Shown: positions 39,901 to 50,370, numbered from the stretch's first letter. The stretch: 64,000 bases of DNA from Candidatus Zhuqueibacterota bacterium (GCA_049322915.1 JBMOPW010000014.1:922774-986773), one strand, 5' to 3'. Translations and numbers: made by a program. Notes: generated by a model from the sequence alone, not told the origin.

Positions 39901-40177
39901 ATTTGCCCTGTTCCAGAATTATCCCAATCCGTTCAATTCGAAAACGCAAATTCGGTATGATTTACCGGCCAAGGGATTTGTGACGTTGGATATCTATAAC
40001 CTGCTGGGCCAAAAGGTTCGGCGGCTTGTTGAGAAAAGCCAGCCGGCCGGAATTTATACGGTGAGTTGGGATGGCCTGGATCATTTGGGCAGGCCTGCCG
40101 GCAATGGCGTTTATTTTTATGTCATAGCTATGGATGATAAAACGTTGCCGGCCCGGAAGATGGTTGTTTTGAAATGA
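36986..40177 (+). CDS. Secreted M1-family zinc aminopeptidase with C-terminal Ig-like domains and FlgD-Ig/T9SS-like CTD
   Basis: 'GGAMEHQT', 'HELAHQWFGD', 'WLNEGFASY', 'YDKGAWVLHMLR'; 'NYPNPFN'. Confidence 0.93.
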   Translation: MTNKLKALAFFMYFVCFPSLGTGQTVHDQIREFEAARFARNQGAFSMRAMKGEPSDIDVSYYRIDLKINPYEENISGSVYMEAISQIAGLNEISLDFFDNMIVDSVVSQGDTLGWTHSENSLNITLPQTIEIDDYIGLHVYYHGRPSAAGGFKSFDFGSHLEFPIVATLSQPFGAPAWWPCKDDPADKADSVDIAITVPDTFIVASNGVLVSKTENEDTTTTYFWSERYPISTYLVSLAITNYEVFSDYYYSGTDSMEVLYFVYPENEAAAREDFTITVEAITHFSSLFGQYPFIDEKYGMAEFQWGGAMEHQTCTSYGRGLIQGNHRYDSYLVHELAHQWFGDLITMKRWSHIWLNEGFASYAEALWAEHRGGQDSLFNYMDEFDQGLFPTSVFVYDSTNIAELFSRTVYDKGAWVLHMLRHVLGDSSFFESLAAYREAFAFGNATTEDFRDVCESVYGADLDWFFEQWVYGFFRPSYEYAWSDSEAGENHIVTLKLDQVQVYTGLFKMPLDVQLTTLSGDTTCVVWDSLASQTFQFVMDEEVIKLQIDPDNWVLKELLIKDRHNVSGTIFTGDKSTPLPDALVYFSRIDLATYMALSVDTVHSKSSGHYDISVIPGFYVVEVVKPEDGYLPAEPEYIEIDRNISGLDFVLTAPRISTGYDSLLVFLDQGENFTDTLVIENAGNGQLLFSVAPILSGGMLKSPASYATLSPLAPGLKIPLGELPDMSGLRQGAASAPTGSWQLVYKDPEDNPAGVMDLSETWMQISGGKLYFKVSSFYQYAQLNQLEYDLLIDTDGNPDTGIFAGWLGGDYVVVVTDFGGVFSALARYTGSGFELVTLASYENMDAANNEFTTAFPLTSFGSAKVLSMISVVQSLTNPLLDQDVAPNNNFGYFIFSLEEIPWLHIEPNFGLVEASQPGSVIITILPGALSAGHYHANLVIANNEATNMKKIVPIRLDYITSVADQETVPGSFALFQNYPNPFNSKTQIRYDLPAKGFVTLDIYNLLGQKVRRLVEKSQPAGIYTVSWDGLDHLGRPAGNGVYFYVIAMDDKTLPARKMVVLK

Positions 40178-40231
40178 CATTGGTTTTTTTTAATTACGAC
40201 TCGCATTCATTTATCAGAGGAGAATCGGCTG

Positions 40232-43200
40232 ATGAAAAATAAAAGCATGCAAATCGCTGTAGCGATCATTATGGGCGCCATTTTGTTACCTATGCTGGCC
40301 GTATATTTGGATTTCAAATCCAGGCAACATTCGGGAAACGATCAGCCACGAATGTCCGGCGCAATGGAAGCGCTGAACTTCTGGACGCGCTCCCGCGCTT
40401 ATCCCGGAAAGGACATTTCTGTGGATAAGCATTTAAAGGCGTACGAAAAAGTGAAGATGCAATTGAAAAAAGGCGCTGTGGACGATTCGGAATGGAAGCC
40501 ATTTGGTCCGCACAATGTACCCGGGCGAATGATCGCACTGGCTGTGAATCCCCAAAACGGGAATACGCTCTATGCTGGAAGCGCAAGCGGCGGCCTCTGG
40601 CGGACATTTTCGGCAGCGACAGGTGGAAATTGGGAACGGGTCACCACCGGTTTTCCAACGCTGGGCGTGATGGCCATTGCGATCGATCCGTCGGATTCAA
40701 ACAACATCTTTATCGGCACCGGCGAAGTGTATGGCTTCGATCAATCCATTGGCAGCACGGCAGTTCGTACGATGCGCGGCAGTTACGGCATTGGAATCCT
40801 GAAAACAGAGGACGGCGGTGATACGTGGGAAGCAAGCCTGGACTGGAAATATCATCAGCAGCGGGGCGTGCAGTGCATCCGCATCAATCCGCTCAACCCG
40901 AAAACCGTTTTCGCGGCGACGAGCGAGGGAATTTATCGATCGTTGGACGCCGGCGAAACATGGCACAATGTGCTTGAAGTGCTGATGGGGGAAGATATCA
41001 TCATCAATCCGGCGGATACGAATTTAGTGATAGTGTCCTGTGGAAATTTAGGCAGCCCCGGCGCCGGCTTGTATCGCTCCACCGACGCCGGCACAAACTG
41101 GGATGCCGTCACAGGAATCCCATCGTACACAGGCAAAACATTGATGGATAGGTATGGTTCGGATCCCAATATTATTTTTGCCAGTGTCGCGGACAGCCTC
41201 AATGGGATCGGGTTGTTTCGAACCAATAATTTCGGCGTTTCGTGGACTCAGGTTTACAATTGTTTTACTAATAGCGATATCCCGACCTACCAGGGCTGGT
41301 TCTCGCACTGGGTGGCTGTTCATCCCAATGATGTGTCCCAGGTTATTTACGCCGGCGTGCCCATCAACAAGTCCAACAACGGCGGAATTTCATTTCAGGA
41401 AATCGGCGGTCCCCATGTGGATCATCATAACTATGCGCACGATCCCTACGACCCCAATGTGATTTACATTGCCTGCGACGGCGGCGTTTATCGCAGCAAC
41501 AATTTTGGTGAAAGCTATCAGGACCTCGGTTCCGGACTTCAAACCGGTCAATTTTACAATGGATTTTCAAGCTCGTCCAGCGATTCCAATTTGGCCATTG
41601 GTGGATTCCAGGACAACGGCGTGAATCTTTATTCCGGTGAAATAGACGGCTGGACTACTGTTATCGGCGGCGACGGCTGCTGGACGGCGATTAATCCGCT
41701 GAATGACAACATTATTTATGGTGAGTGGCAATACAATAACCTGATGAAATCTGAAAATCGTGGTCAGTCGTTTGCTTCAGCAGCGACAGGATTGATTGAT
41801 GGGAATGTGGCATTCGTCGCGCCATTCATCATTTCGCCATCCAATCCATCCATTCTGTATTCCGGCAGGAGCAGAATTTATAAAACGACAAATGGAGCGA
41901 GTCAGTGGTTCGCCACGAACAGAAATGTACCGCTGGATGGGAATCCGGCGCTCTCCATGGCCATTTCCGCAACCAACCCTGATGTTGTTTATGTGGGAAC
42001 TGCTCCGGTCTACAACTCCCCGCACATTTTTCGAACGAGTGACGGAGGCGATACCTGGGTGAATGTCACTCGCTTTTTGCCGGATCGCTATCCCATGGAT
42101 ATCGCGGTGGACCCCAATGATGATAAAACTGTGTATGTCGCCTTTGGCGGTTTCGATTCCGGTCACGTTTTTAAAACCACGAATTCGGGCGAGTACTGGA
42201 TGGACATCACCGGCACCTTGCCGGACATCCCAACATCTTCCGTGGCAATCGATCCGCTGAATTCGAACCATGTCTATGTTGGAAACGACCTCGGCGTGTA
42301 CGTATCCACAGATGGAGGAATGACGTGGGAGGATTTCAGCAGTGGCTTGCCGGAAGCAGTCATGGCCATGGACCTGAATATTTCTGCTTCAAACCGGAGT
42401 CTCCGCGTGGCTACACACGGCAATGGCGTTTATCAAAAACCGCTTGTCTATAAACCTGAAATCTATTTGCTGTTCAGTCTGGACCCGTTTCCCAGTGTCG
42501 TGTTAGAAGGAGCGGAAATTGAGTTTGCAGCCTACGTGACAAACATGGGAACCGGAAGGTTGACCGAAACGTCCGCAGCCCAGGTTCGGGTGGTGGATCA
42601 CTCCGAAAATGAAGTCTTCACTGACACGAAATCATTTGAAAATTTGGGACCCAAGGAAACCCAGCGAATTCAGTTCGACAACAATTTTGTGGCGCAGAAC
42701 CTTGGCATTTACACGGTGCAATTTATTTATACCGGCGCTGCGCCCTCGTCCGTTGCCGACACGATTGAACAGGTGGTTTCAGTTGTGACAGCGCCGACGA
42801 TCGCCAGGGCGGGTGTGGAGAAGGAATATCGCGCTTACGATGAAATCTCCGGGGGAACAGTCCTGCCATTTGGCGACGATAGCTACGCACAATTATATCT
42901 GCCATTTGTTTTTTCTTTTGACCAATGGGATTATAATAAAATTCAAATCTGTTCCAACGGCTGGTGCGAATTTGGCGTTGGCCAGGACGGATCGGAGCGG
43001 GGGCTCTCCACGGCTCAACAAATCGGCACAATCGGGGCAAATGAAAACGGCAGGCTTGCCGGGACAGCGCGGCCGTCCAAATCACTGGGCCCGTGGTGGG
43101 AGGACTTAAATCCTGAAGATTCCAGGAATCCGGGACAGGTGAGCTACAGAACAATAGGCATAGCGCCACATCGGATTTTTATCATTCAATGGAAAAATAT

Positions 43201-43801
43201 GAGAGCCTATTACGATCAGTCCGTCACCACGCGCGTGAATTTCCAGGTGCGATTGTACGAGACGTCGGATTTGATCGAATTCCATTACGGGCCGGTTGTT
43301 CGGGGCACATTCGGTGGCGGAGATGCCGGCGCCATGATTGGCTTTAAAGATCATATTGGCGGCGACTACCATTTTTACGATATCGCTGCAGGTGGAATGG
43401 GTTTAGCCGGCGAAATTGTCACACATTTAAGTCCGCTCACAGATTGGCCCGGGCCGGATAGCTGCTATGTCATTCAAACCATCACGACAGATACGGTTCT
43501 GGATGACGATTCATCGCTGCCAACGACAATCGCCCTGCACCAGAATTATCCCAACCCATTCAACCTATCGACCACTATTCAGTTCGATTTGCCCGGAACA
43601 ATGCGCGTCACGCTGAAAATTTATAACACGCTGGGACAGGAAGTGAAGACGCTGACGGACGACGTCTTGCATGCCGGCAGAAAATCCATCGTGTGGAATG
43701 GGAAAGATCAGACCGGAAGAGTGGTCGGCTCCGGAGTATATCTGGTGCAACTACGCGCCGGCCACGAGACCATCACCCGCAAGATGATGGTCGTGAAATA
43801 G
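40232..43801 (+). CDS. Secreted BNR/Asp-box (VPS10/GH74-like) beta-propeller protein with FlgD-Ig/T9SS-like CTD
   Basis: Many S/T-x-D/N-G-G-x-T/S-W Asp boxes, 'HVDHH', 'GGFQDNG', 'ATHGNG'; 'NYPNPFN'; 1189 aa. Confidence 0.85.
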   Translation: MKNKSMQIAVAIIMGAILLPMLAVYLDFKSRQHSGNDQPRMSGAMEALNFWTRSRAYPGKDISVDKHLKAYEKVKMQLKKGAVDDSEWKPFGPHNVPGRMIALAVNPQNGNTLYAGSASGGLWRTFSAATGGNWERVTTGFPTLGVMAIAIDPSDSNNIFIGTGEVYGFDQSIGSTAVRTMRGSYGIGILKTEDGGDTWEASLDWKYHQQRGVQCIRINPLNPKTVFAATSEGIYRSLDAGETWHNVLEVLMGEDIIINPADTNLVIVSCGNLGSPGAGLYRSTDAGTNWDAVTGIPSYTGKTLMDRYGSDPNIIFASVADSLNGIGLFRTNNFGVSWTQVYNCFTNSDIPTYQGWFSHWVAVHPNDVSQVIYAGVPINKSNNGGISFQEIGGPHVDHHNYAHDPYDPNVIYIACDGGVYRSNNFGESYQDLGSGLQTGQFYNGFSSSSSDSNLAIGGFQDNGVNLYSGEIDGWTTVIGGDGCWTAINPLNDNIIYGEWQYNNLMKSENRGQSFASAATGLIDGNVAFVAPFIISPSNPSILYSGRSRIYKTTNGASQWFATNRNVPLDGNPALSMAISATNPDVVYVGTAPVYNSPHIFRTSDGGDTWVNVTRFLPDRYPMDIAVDPNDDKTVYVAFGGFDSGHVFKTTNSGEYWMDITGTLPDIPTSSVAIDPLNSNHVYVGNDLGVYVSTDGGMTWEDFSSGLPEAVMAMDLNISASNRSLRVATHGNGVYQKPLVYKPEIYLLFSLDPFPSVVLEGAEIEFAAYVTNMGTGRLTETSAAQVRVVDHSENEVFTDTKSFENLGPKETQRIQFDNNFVAQNLGIYTVQFIYTGAAPSSVADTIEQVVSVVTAPTIARAGVEKEYRAYDEISGGTVLPFGDDSYAQLYLPFVFSFDQWDYNKIQICSNGWCEFGVGQDGSERGLSTAQQIGTIGANENGRLAGTARPSKSLGPWWEDLNPEDSRNPGQVSYRTIGIAPHRIFIIQWKNMRAYYDQSVTTRVNFQVRLYETSDLIEFHYGPVVRGTFGGGDAGAMIGFKDHIGGDYHFYDIAAGGMGLAGEIVTHLSPLTDWPGPDSCYVIQTITTDTVLDDDSSLPTTIALHQNYPNPFNLSTTIQFDLPGTMRVTLKIYNTLGQEVKTLTDDVLHAGRKSIVWNGKDQTGRVVGSGVYLVQLRAGHETITRKMMVVK

Positions 43802-43995
43802 CAGTTAATGATTCAATCGACGATGCCAATTCCTGAAAATCGGACAGGCGCCGGGGTGTTTCATGCCTTTATACCAATTTATTCAAGCAGCATAGAGGCA
43901 TGGAATTCCTTCCGATGACGCTGCCGCAGTTGAAAGTCAAAAAAATAGTCGCCGGTAAAATTGTGGAGAGCGATTGGCAGGCGATAAGGTCGCGC

Positions 43996-45930
43996 TTAAT
44001 CCCAGAATTCCCAGCGCAGGCCATAGTGCAGGGTTCTGCCGCTCATGGGATAGCCATAGACCATTTGATAGTCTGTATCGATGAGATTTTCGAGCGTGAA
44101 ATACATTTTCAGGTTGCCGAAATCCACGAGGGCGTTGGCATTCAGGAGAAAGACAGACGCCAGCGTTTGATTGGAAGATACAAAATAATAGGGATGGGAC
44201 ATGGCGCTGGTCCGCTCGCTGTAATAGCGCGCTTCGAGACGGAGCGTTGGCTGCAAATCATTTTCGAAAAAGCTGTCCGAATATTGCAGGTAGCTTATGG
44301 CTGAAAATTGTGGGTAATTGCCGGGCGCCGAGCCACGGACGCCGGAGAGATAACAGGACATCTGCAATTTTTTCGAGAACATCCAGTTGGCCTGAATGTC
44401 CGCGCCAATAAATTTCCGGTCCCCTGAATTCGTGCAGATCGCTTTCACAGAGTCGATGGATTCGAAAGCGATTGGATTGTGAATGGTCTTCAGATAGGCT
44501 TCCGCGAGAATTTCCAGCTCAGGGGTCGGCTGCCACCTGACGCCGGTTGAGATCGCGCGATGTATTTCCTGGCTCAGATTGCTGTTGCCGGTAAAGTTGG
44601 TTTGCCCATACAATTGAAACAGCGTGGGGTAATTGATGGAACTGTTGATCGCCCCGATCCATTTCAGTTTGCCGAATTTCAGAAAGCCAGACGCGCCGCC
44701 AGCCACGGATGAACCCTGGCCGCTGCGGAAGGTGTACGTCCCCAGCAGCCGCAATCCACGGGTTTCCCTCTGTAGCAAATCATCCATCAGGTAGATGGAA
44801 CCCTGATCCGCCCGACGTTTCCCCACATCATCGCTCGTGACCCATTCATGGCAAAAATTCGCTCCGGCTGTCCATGCCTGTCCGAACAGGGAGTCGCTGA
44901 TTTGCGTCGTCATGCCGGCATAGTTGCCGTCATTTTGAGCGTCCATGTTCGCATCGGAATCGGTGCGGGTCTGGTTCTGATCGCTGTAATAAAACGTGCT
45001 GACAAAATTTGGAACAGTGGAATCAAGGACATGCCCTTTCACGGTCAATGTCTGATCCAACCGGCCAATTTTTTCCACCGCATTCGGGGTCGCCAGCGTG
45101 TCGTTGGCCATCAGAGGCCCTGGCGCACGACGCGCCAATTTATTATGGAGCCAGGAATATTCGATCGCCCAGGTGGCCGAAGGGAAATAGAACACTTTGC
45201 CGCGGAAATTCTGCAAGTCCGAATTGTAGGCTGCGCTCTCCCCATCGTATGACCGGAAAATTCCGCCCAACAAAAAATTCGCAGTCCGGGTCGCGCGCTG
45301 ACCAAACGTGATGTCCACGTCGCTGAAGCCAAGCCCGGCTTTGTGATACCCGACTCGCGAGTAGGGATTATTTTCAGTGAAGACATCGCTGGTGAGGGAG
45401 ACCATCTCGCCGTGAACGGAGGAAAGGGGCGAAGAAATGCCCTGCTCAATGGTCGCCGTGCGGATGAATTGAGCCGGAATGAAATTCAGATCCATGCCGC
45501 CGTAAATGGGATCGTAGAGGGGACGGCCGTCCAGGAACAGATGGGTCTGGACGGGTAGACTGCCATGCCTGCCAATTCCTAAGTGTTGGCCGGAGTTCCC
45601 CCGATCGAACAGGAATAATCCCGGGGCGTATTCAAAATAGGTTCCCAGGTCCTCTTCGAAGTGATGGCGAATGTGAGATTTTGATTTTTCCCAGAACGAA
45701 GAGAAGGCGCTTTTTACCGTGGTGTCCTTGAACGCGATCGCTGCGGCCGGATGTCCCTTCAGTTTGAGCAGAGAATCCGGTTTGACCACAAAGGTGTCCT
45801 GCCGGGCAACGCACAAGCGCCGTCCTGATGCATCTTTGGCAAACGAGCCGTTGCCGGGCAACAAGAATGCAGCAGAGACGAAAATGGCCAGCACTGTGCC
45901 CGGTAATGTGTATCGGTTCCTGGAATTCAC
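43996..45930 (-). CDS. TonB-dependent receptor-like outer-membrane protein
   Basis: Plug-like 'LFLDGRPL.DP..G.MDLNFIP', beta-barrel strands, C-terminal 'ENLID..Y....GYPMSGRT...GLRWEFWD'. Confidence 0.8.
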   Translation of the reverse strand: MNSRNRYTLPGTVLAIFVSAAFLLPGNGSFAKDASGRRLCVARQDTFVVKPDSLLKLKGHPAAAIAFKDTTVKSAFSSFWEKSKSHIRHHFEEDLGTYFEYAPGLFLFDRGNSGQHLGIGRHGSLPVQTHLFLDGRPLYDPIYGGMDLNFIPAQFIRTATIEQGISSPLSSVHGEMVSLTSDVFTENNPYSRVGYHKAGLGFSDVDITFGQRATRTANFLLGGIFRSYDGESAAYNSDLQNFRGKVFYFPSATWAIEYSWLHNKLARRAPGPLMANDTLATPNAVEKIGRLDQTLTVKGHVLDSTVPNFVSTFYYSDQNQTRTDSDANMDAQNDGNYAGMTTQISDSLFGQAWTAGANFCHEWVTSDDVGKRRADQGSIYLMDDLLQRETRGLRLLGTYTFRSGQGSSVAGGASGFLKFGKLKWIGAINSSINYPTLFQLYGQTNFTGNSNLSQEIHRAISTGVRWQPTPELEILAEAYLKTIHNPIAFESIDSVKAICTNSGDRKFIGADIQANWMFSKKLQMSCYLSGVRGSAPGNYPQFSAISYLQYSDSFFENDLQPTLRLEARYYSERTSAMSHPYYFVSSNQTLASVFLLNANALVDFGNLKMYFTLENLIDTDYQMVYGYPMSGRTLHYGLRWEFWD

Positions 45931-46021
45931 GATAAATTTCTCTTTTCATGTCCGAATGGGTGAATGCGCCGAACGGGACGCAGTGACGCTTCGCTATCAA
46001 GCCCGGCAAGCGATGGATGCC

Positions 46022-46061
46022 GCCGTTCAACCAATGTCCTGTTCCGGCCTGGTTGAACGGC
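46022..46061. terminator. Strong hairpin just downstream of the proline dehydrogenase stop
   Basis: GCCGTTCAACCA...TGGTTGAACGGC 12-bp stem; no clear U-tract. Confidence 0.4.
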
Positions 46062-46072
46062 TTCCCCTCCGG

Positions 46073-46990
46073 TTACTGATTTTTACCAGACATTCGGTGA
46101 ATTGTATTCTTGATGATATAATTTACCATTTTGGGATTTTCGCGCAAGCGTCGCACGGAATAGGCGAACCACTCTTTGCCGAACGGCACGTACACGCGGA
46201 GTCGGTGTCCTGAATTGACGATAATCCTCCGCAATTCCGGATCAACGCCCAGCAGCATCTGAAATTCGTACTGATTGGGTTTTAACTTCAATCGGTCAAT
46301 GAGCTTCAAACCTTCAAACACAAGTTTTTCATCATGCGTGGCAATGGCGACATAGCATTTATTGGACAGCAATTTCTCCATCATGTAGCGATAGCTTTCA
46401 GTCACAATCTCCGGGTCTTTGTACACCACGTCGCGTTTTTCCCAATAGTACGCGCCTTTGCACAGCCGGAGATTGGCTTTATGAGGGATGAGGTCATTCA
46501 CATCCCCGATTAAACGCCGCAGGTACGATTGAATGGCGGTTCCCACATTATCAAAATCTTTGTGTAATTTCAAAAAAACTTCCAGAGTATCATCCACGCA
46601 GGAAGAGTCTTCAATATCGATGCGGACAAAATTGTTCAGTTTTTTGGCTTCCTCGACCAGAGTTCTGATGTTATTGTAGCAGAATTCTTTATCGATCTTC
46701 AAACCCATGTGCGTCGGTTTCACGGAGACATTGGAGTCCAATTTTTCGTCATGGATGGTGTGTAAAATATTCTTGTAAGTCTCCATAGCTTTCAACGCAT
46801 CTTCTTTATTCTTCACTTCTTCACCCAATAAATCCAGCGTCGCACAGATACCCTGAGCATTCAATTCCTTGATTTTACGAATGGCATCTTCCAATTTTTC
46901 TCCGGCAATGTACTGTCGGGAAACGATTCCAACAAGCGGTTTCGGGACAAAAGGCAGTATAGCGGCAATTAAATTGTTGAACCAGATCAT
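46073..46990 (-). CDS. Monofunctional proline dehydrogenase
   Basis: 'YIAGE', 'LDLLGE', 'SVKPT', 'RIDIED', 'RLCKGAY', 'ATHD', 'EFQMLLG', 'YVPFG..W.AY..RRL.ENP'; ATG 46990 after GGAGGG. Confidence 0.94.
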   Translation of the reverse strand: MIWFNNLIAAILPFVPKPLVGIVSRQYIAGEKLEDAIRKIKELNAQGICATLDLLGEEVKNKEDALKAMETYKNILHTIHDEKLDSNVSVKPTHMGLKIDKEFCYNNIRTLVEEAKKLNNFVRIDIEDSSCVDDTLEVFLKLHKDFDNVGTAIQSYLRRLIGDVNDLIPHKANLRLCKGAYYWEKRDVVYKDPEIVTESYRYMMEKLLSNKCYVAIATHDEKLVFEGLKLIDRLKLKPNQYEFQMLLGVDPELRRIIVNSGHRLRVYVPFGKEWFAYSVRRLRENPKMVNYIIKNTIHRMSGKNQ

Positions 46991-47339
46991 CGAACCCTCC
47001 ATTTTAATTAGGATCTGAAATTCTGAACAGAACATTTGGCATCACGGATTGGGCGGATGCACTGACAGCATGCAATGCCTCGGAGATATTTGGCAGGTTG
47101 ATCCAAAAAAACCGTTATCGTTGCATGCATCTCCATTGACCCAATTCGAAAACAAATCATGAAGAATGAAGCATATCCAACCAGGATGGAAATTCATAAC
47201 ACGGAAAATAAAAATTTATTTCAAATAAAGCAAGAGATTTTCTTGAGGCGCCGGTCTCATCCCGGTCTGGTGGTAAAATGCGGTGTTACAGCGGCGGAGT
47301 TTGGCCGAGAGGAGAGTCTCTGATCGGTTCGGAGTCTGT

Positions 47340-49085
47340 TTAATATTTTTTGTGATAGCGATTGGTGATGGGCATGCGACGATCCCGGCCAAATGCCCGC
47401 GGTGTAATTTTAATGCCCGGGGGGCCCTGTCGGCGTTTGTACTCGCTCATATCCACCAGATGAATCACTTTGCGCACGGTTCGTTCGTCGAACCCAGCCG
47501 CGACAACCTGTTCGACCGTGGCGTTATTCTCGACGTACTCGACCAAAATGGGATCGAGAATGTCGTAGGGGGGCAGGCTATCTTCATCCTTCTGGTTCGG
47601 CCGCAGCTCGGCTGATGGCGGTTTGGCAATTGTATTTTGTGGGATGACTTCTCTGCCGCGCGTCTCGTTCAACAACTGAGAAAGCTGATACACCACTGTT
47701 TTTGGCACATCCTTGATCACAGCCAGGCCGCCGGCCATGTCGCCATAAAGTGTGCAATAGCCCACGCTCACCTCGCTTTTGTTGCCGGTTGTGAGAGCCA
47801 GCCAGCCAAATTTATTTGACAGCGCCATGATGATATTGCCACGGATTCGGGCCTGAATATTCTCTTCAGCAATGTCAAAGGGTCGGTTGGCGAACGGTTC
47901 CCTGAGCATCGACTGGTACTGCTCAAAGGTTTCCTGGATGGGGATTGTCAGGAAGGTGATGTTGAGGTTTCTGGCAAGCGCCTCGGCGTCGGTTTTGCTC
48001 GATTCGCTGGAAAAGATGGACGGCATACTCACGCCGATGACGTTCTCCGCTCCCAGCGCATCGACGGAAATGGCCGCGGTGAGCGCGGAATCGATGCCGC
48101 CGCTGAGTCCCAGCACGACCTTGCTGAAGCCGTTCTTGCGGACATAATCCCGGGTACCCAGCACCAGCGCGCGATAAATTTCTTCCACCGGATCGAGTTT
48201 GGCCACCGAGGTTGCCGGAACAGGGGGGCGCTCAGAGCCGGTCGTCGGCGTCTGAATAGCGAGGAAGTCGTGTTTGAACGGCGGGATGAACTGGCTTTTC
48301 CTTTGTTGAAAGGACCGATCGGACGCGCGGGCATTTCGGATCCTCTCCACATCGATATCGCACACAACCAGGTCCGGCTCGAATTGTTTTCCGCGCAAAA
48401 CGATGGCGCCGTTCTCGTCGAGAATCAGGCTGTTCCCGTCGAAGACCAATTCGTCCTGGCCTCCCACGATGTTCACGTAGCAGATGGCCGCCCGATTGTG
48501 CATGGCGCGATGTTTGAGCAATTGTTCCCGTTCGGCCACCTTGCCGTAGTGAAACGGAGATGCTGAAATGTTGAGGATCACCTCGGCATTGGCTGTGAGC
48601 GCCTGAGTCTCGGTCACGCTGTCTTTGATCCAGATATCCTCGCAGATGTTCAACCCGATCGCGACCCCGGCCACTTCAAATACCAGCGGCCGATTGCCGG
48701 GCTCGAAGTACCGCTTTTCATCGAACACGCTGTAGTTGGGCAGAAAAATTTTATGATAAACGCCAGCCACCCGGCCATCTGAGAGAACGGCAGCGGCATT
48801 GTAAATTTTTTCGTGAATGGAATCGGCAAATCCGATAATAGCCGTGATTCCAGAGGCGTCGCGCGCAATCTGCTGGAGACAATCAACATTATCACGAATG
48901 AACTGCGGTCGAAGCAGCAGGTCCTCCGGCGGATAGCCGGTGATCGCCAATTCCGGAAAGGCGACGATGTCGGCGCGCTGCGCTTTTGCTGATTCAATCG
49001 TGCGTCGGATGATCGCGGCATTGCCCTGAAAATCGCCCACAGTGACATTCACCTGGGCTAATGCAATTCGAAGAGGTTGTGGCAT
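47340..49085 (-). CDS. nadE: Glutamine-dependent NAD+ synthetase
   Basis: Nitrilase-like N-domain ('FPEL', 'K..LPNY.VFDEKRYF', 'ICEDIW') plus synthetase domain ('GLSGGIDS', 'ENIQARIRG', 'TGNKSE', 'PPSAELRP'). Confidence 0.96.
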   Translation of the reverse strand: MPQPLRIALAQVNVTVGDFQGNAAIIRRTIESAKAQRADIVAFPELAITGYPPEDLLLRPQFIRDNVDCLQQIARDASGITAIIGFADSIHEKIYNAAAVLSDGRVAGVYHKIFLPNYSVFDEKRYFEPGNRPLVFEVAGVAIGLNICEDIWIKDSVTETQALTANAEVILNISASPFHYGKVAEREQLLKHRAMHNRAAICYVNIVGGQDELVFDGNSLILDENGAIVLRGKQFEPDLVVCDIDVERIRNARASDRSFQQRKSQFIPPFKHDFLAIQTPTTGSERPPVPATSVAKLDPVEEIYRALVLGTRDYVRKNGFSKVVLGLSGGIDSALTAAISVDALGAENVIGVSMPSIFSSESSKTDAEALARNLNITFLTIPIQETFEQYQSMLREPFANRPFDIAEENIQARIRGNIIMALSNKFGWLALTTGNKSEVSVGYCTLYGDMAGGLAVIKDVPKTVVYQLSQLLNETRGREVIPQNTIAKPPSAELRPNQKDEDSLPPYDILDPILVEYVENNATVEQVVAAGFDERTVRKVIHLVDMSEYKRRQGPPGIKITPRAFGRDRRMPITNRYHKKY

Positions 49086-49100
49086 AATAATCCCTGAACG

Positions 49101-49514
49101 TTATTCGCCCATGGCTTTGATGATGACGCGCTTGCGTCGCATGCCATCAAATTCAGCGTAGTAAATTTGCTGCCACGGTCCCAGGTCCAACGCGCCGTTG
49201 GTAACCGGCACAATCACTTCGTGACCGATGAGCAGGTTCTTTAAGTGAGCATCGCCGTTGTCCTCGCCGGTGCGATGGTGGCGATACGGCAGACCCTCCG
49301 GAGCGAGCTTCTGCAGCCAGTCTTCGATGTCCTGAATCAGCCCGGATTCCGCGTCATTGATGTAGACGCCGGCAGTAATGTGCATGGCCGAGACCAGGAT
49401 CATCCCGTCCTGAATGCCGCTCTGGCTCAGTGCGTGTTCGACCTCGTGCGTGATATTGACGAAATCACGTCTATGCGGCGTGTTGAACCAAAGGTAATGA
49501 GTGAAAAATTTCAT
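49101..49514 (-). CDS. yjbQ: YjbQ/UPF0047 family protein
   Basis: '[10 protein letters not shown]', 'NGDAHLK', '[16 protein letters not shown]'. Confidence 0.92.
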   Translation of the reverse strand: MKFFTHYLWFNTPHRRDFVNITHEVEHALSQSGIQDGMILVSAMHITAGVYINDAESGLIQDIEDWLQKLAPEGLPYRHHRTGEDNGDAHLKNLLIGHEVIVPVTNGALDLGPWQQIYYAEFDGMRRKRVIIKAMGE

Positions 49515-49656
49515 GTCCGTTGACCTTTAAGTCAGTGATGCGGGGAAATAGTTGCCCAAAAGGAGATATGATTGAACCCTTGTTTTTGCAAATCGCTGAA
49601 CCACAGGTGTGGAGAATCAATCGTTAAAACAGGCATGAACCGCATGGGCAGGATGC

Positions 49657-50160
49657 TCAATTCATTTCGCCCAGAATGAGCAACTCACGCTCGGATAGCG
49701 TCTGATTGATCCCATCGATGAGATCGAATAAGTGATTCATGAAATCGCAGCCTTCGGATTCCAGATCGACTTTGCCCATTTCCTGGACTTCTTCGGAAAA
49801 AATTTGAACCTGTTTTTTGAGTTGAATTTCATACTCATAAAGTCGTTGCAGAGTTCCGGGGAAAATTTTTGCGGGAACCGAGATTTGGTACACAGGGTTC
49901 TGAAGAGACCGCAATACTGTTTTCAGTGTTGTGGAAACCTTGGTAAACGTTTCGCGGCACACAGCACTTTTGTTCTGTTCAATTTTTTGATTGTAGGAAG
50001 CGATTTGTTTTTCAACGTTTTTCAATTGCTCTGAAAAAAACTCTCTCAATCGACGGTCGGTTTGTTGGCGGGATTTGGCAACCTGGTACCCGCTGTAACC
50101 GCGAATGGTCTTCATAAGATCGTTCTCTAACGTTTCGGCAGATTGAAAATTGCTCTTCAT
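49657..50160 (-). CDS. Hypothetical helical protein
   Basis: About 167-aa ORF, 'IRGYSGY...RQQTDRRLR'; ATG 50160 after AAGGAG. Confidence 0.65.
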   Translation of the reverse strand: MKSNFQSAETLENDLMKTIRGYSGYQVAKSRQQTDRRLREFFSEQLKNVEKQIASYNQKIEQNKSAVCRETFTKVSTTLKTVLRSLQNPVYQISVPAKIFPGTLQRLYEYEIQLKKQVQIFSEEVQEMGKVDLESEGCDFMNHLFDLIDGINQTLSERELLILGEMN

Positions 50161-50370
50161 GAAAAACTCCTTGATAGTTGTATATTTAAAACACGAATGA
50201 GTCCAACCTGGACAATCCCTCAAAGGCTGGAAAAGGCACAGTCCCCGGGGCTGAAAAACCTATGGCACGCGCTCTGTCGAAAGAAAACTTACAGGACGGG
50301 TCGCGTCCATCGTTCAGCTAATTTAAATTCAGATTACAGTAGCATAATGTGCAGTTCGCCTACAATCGCT

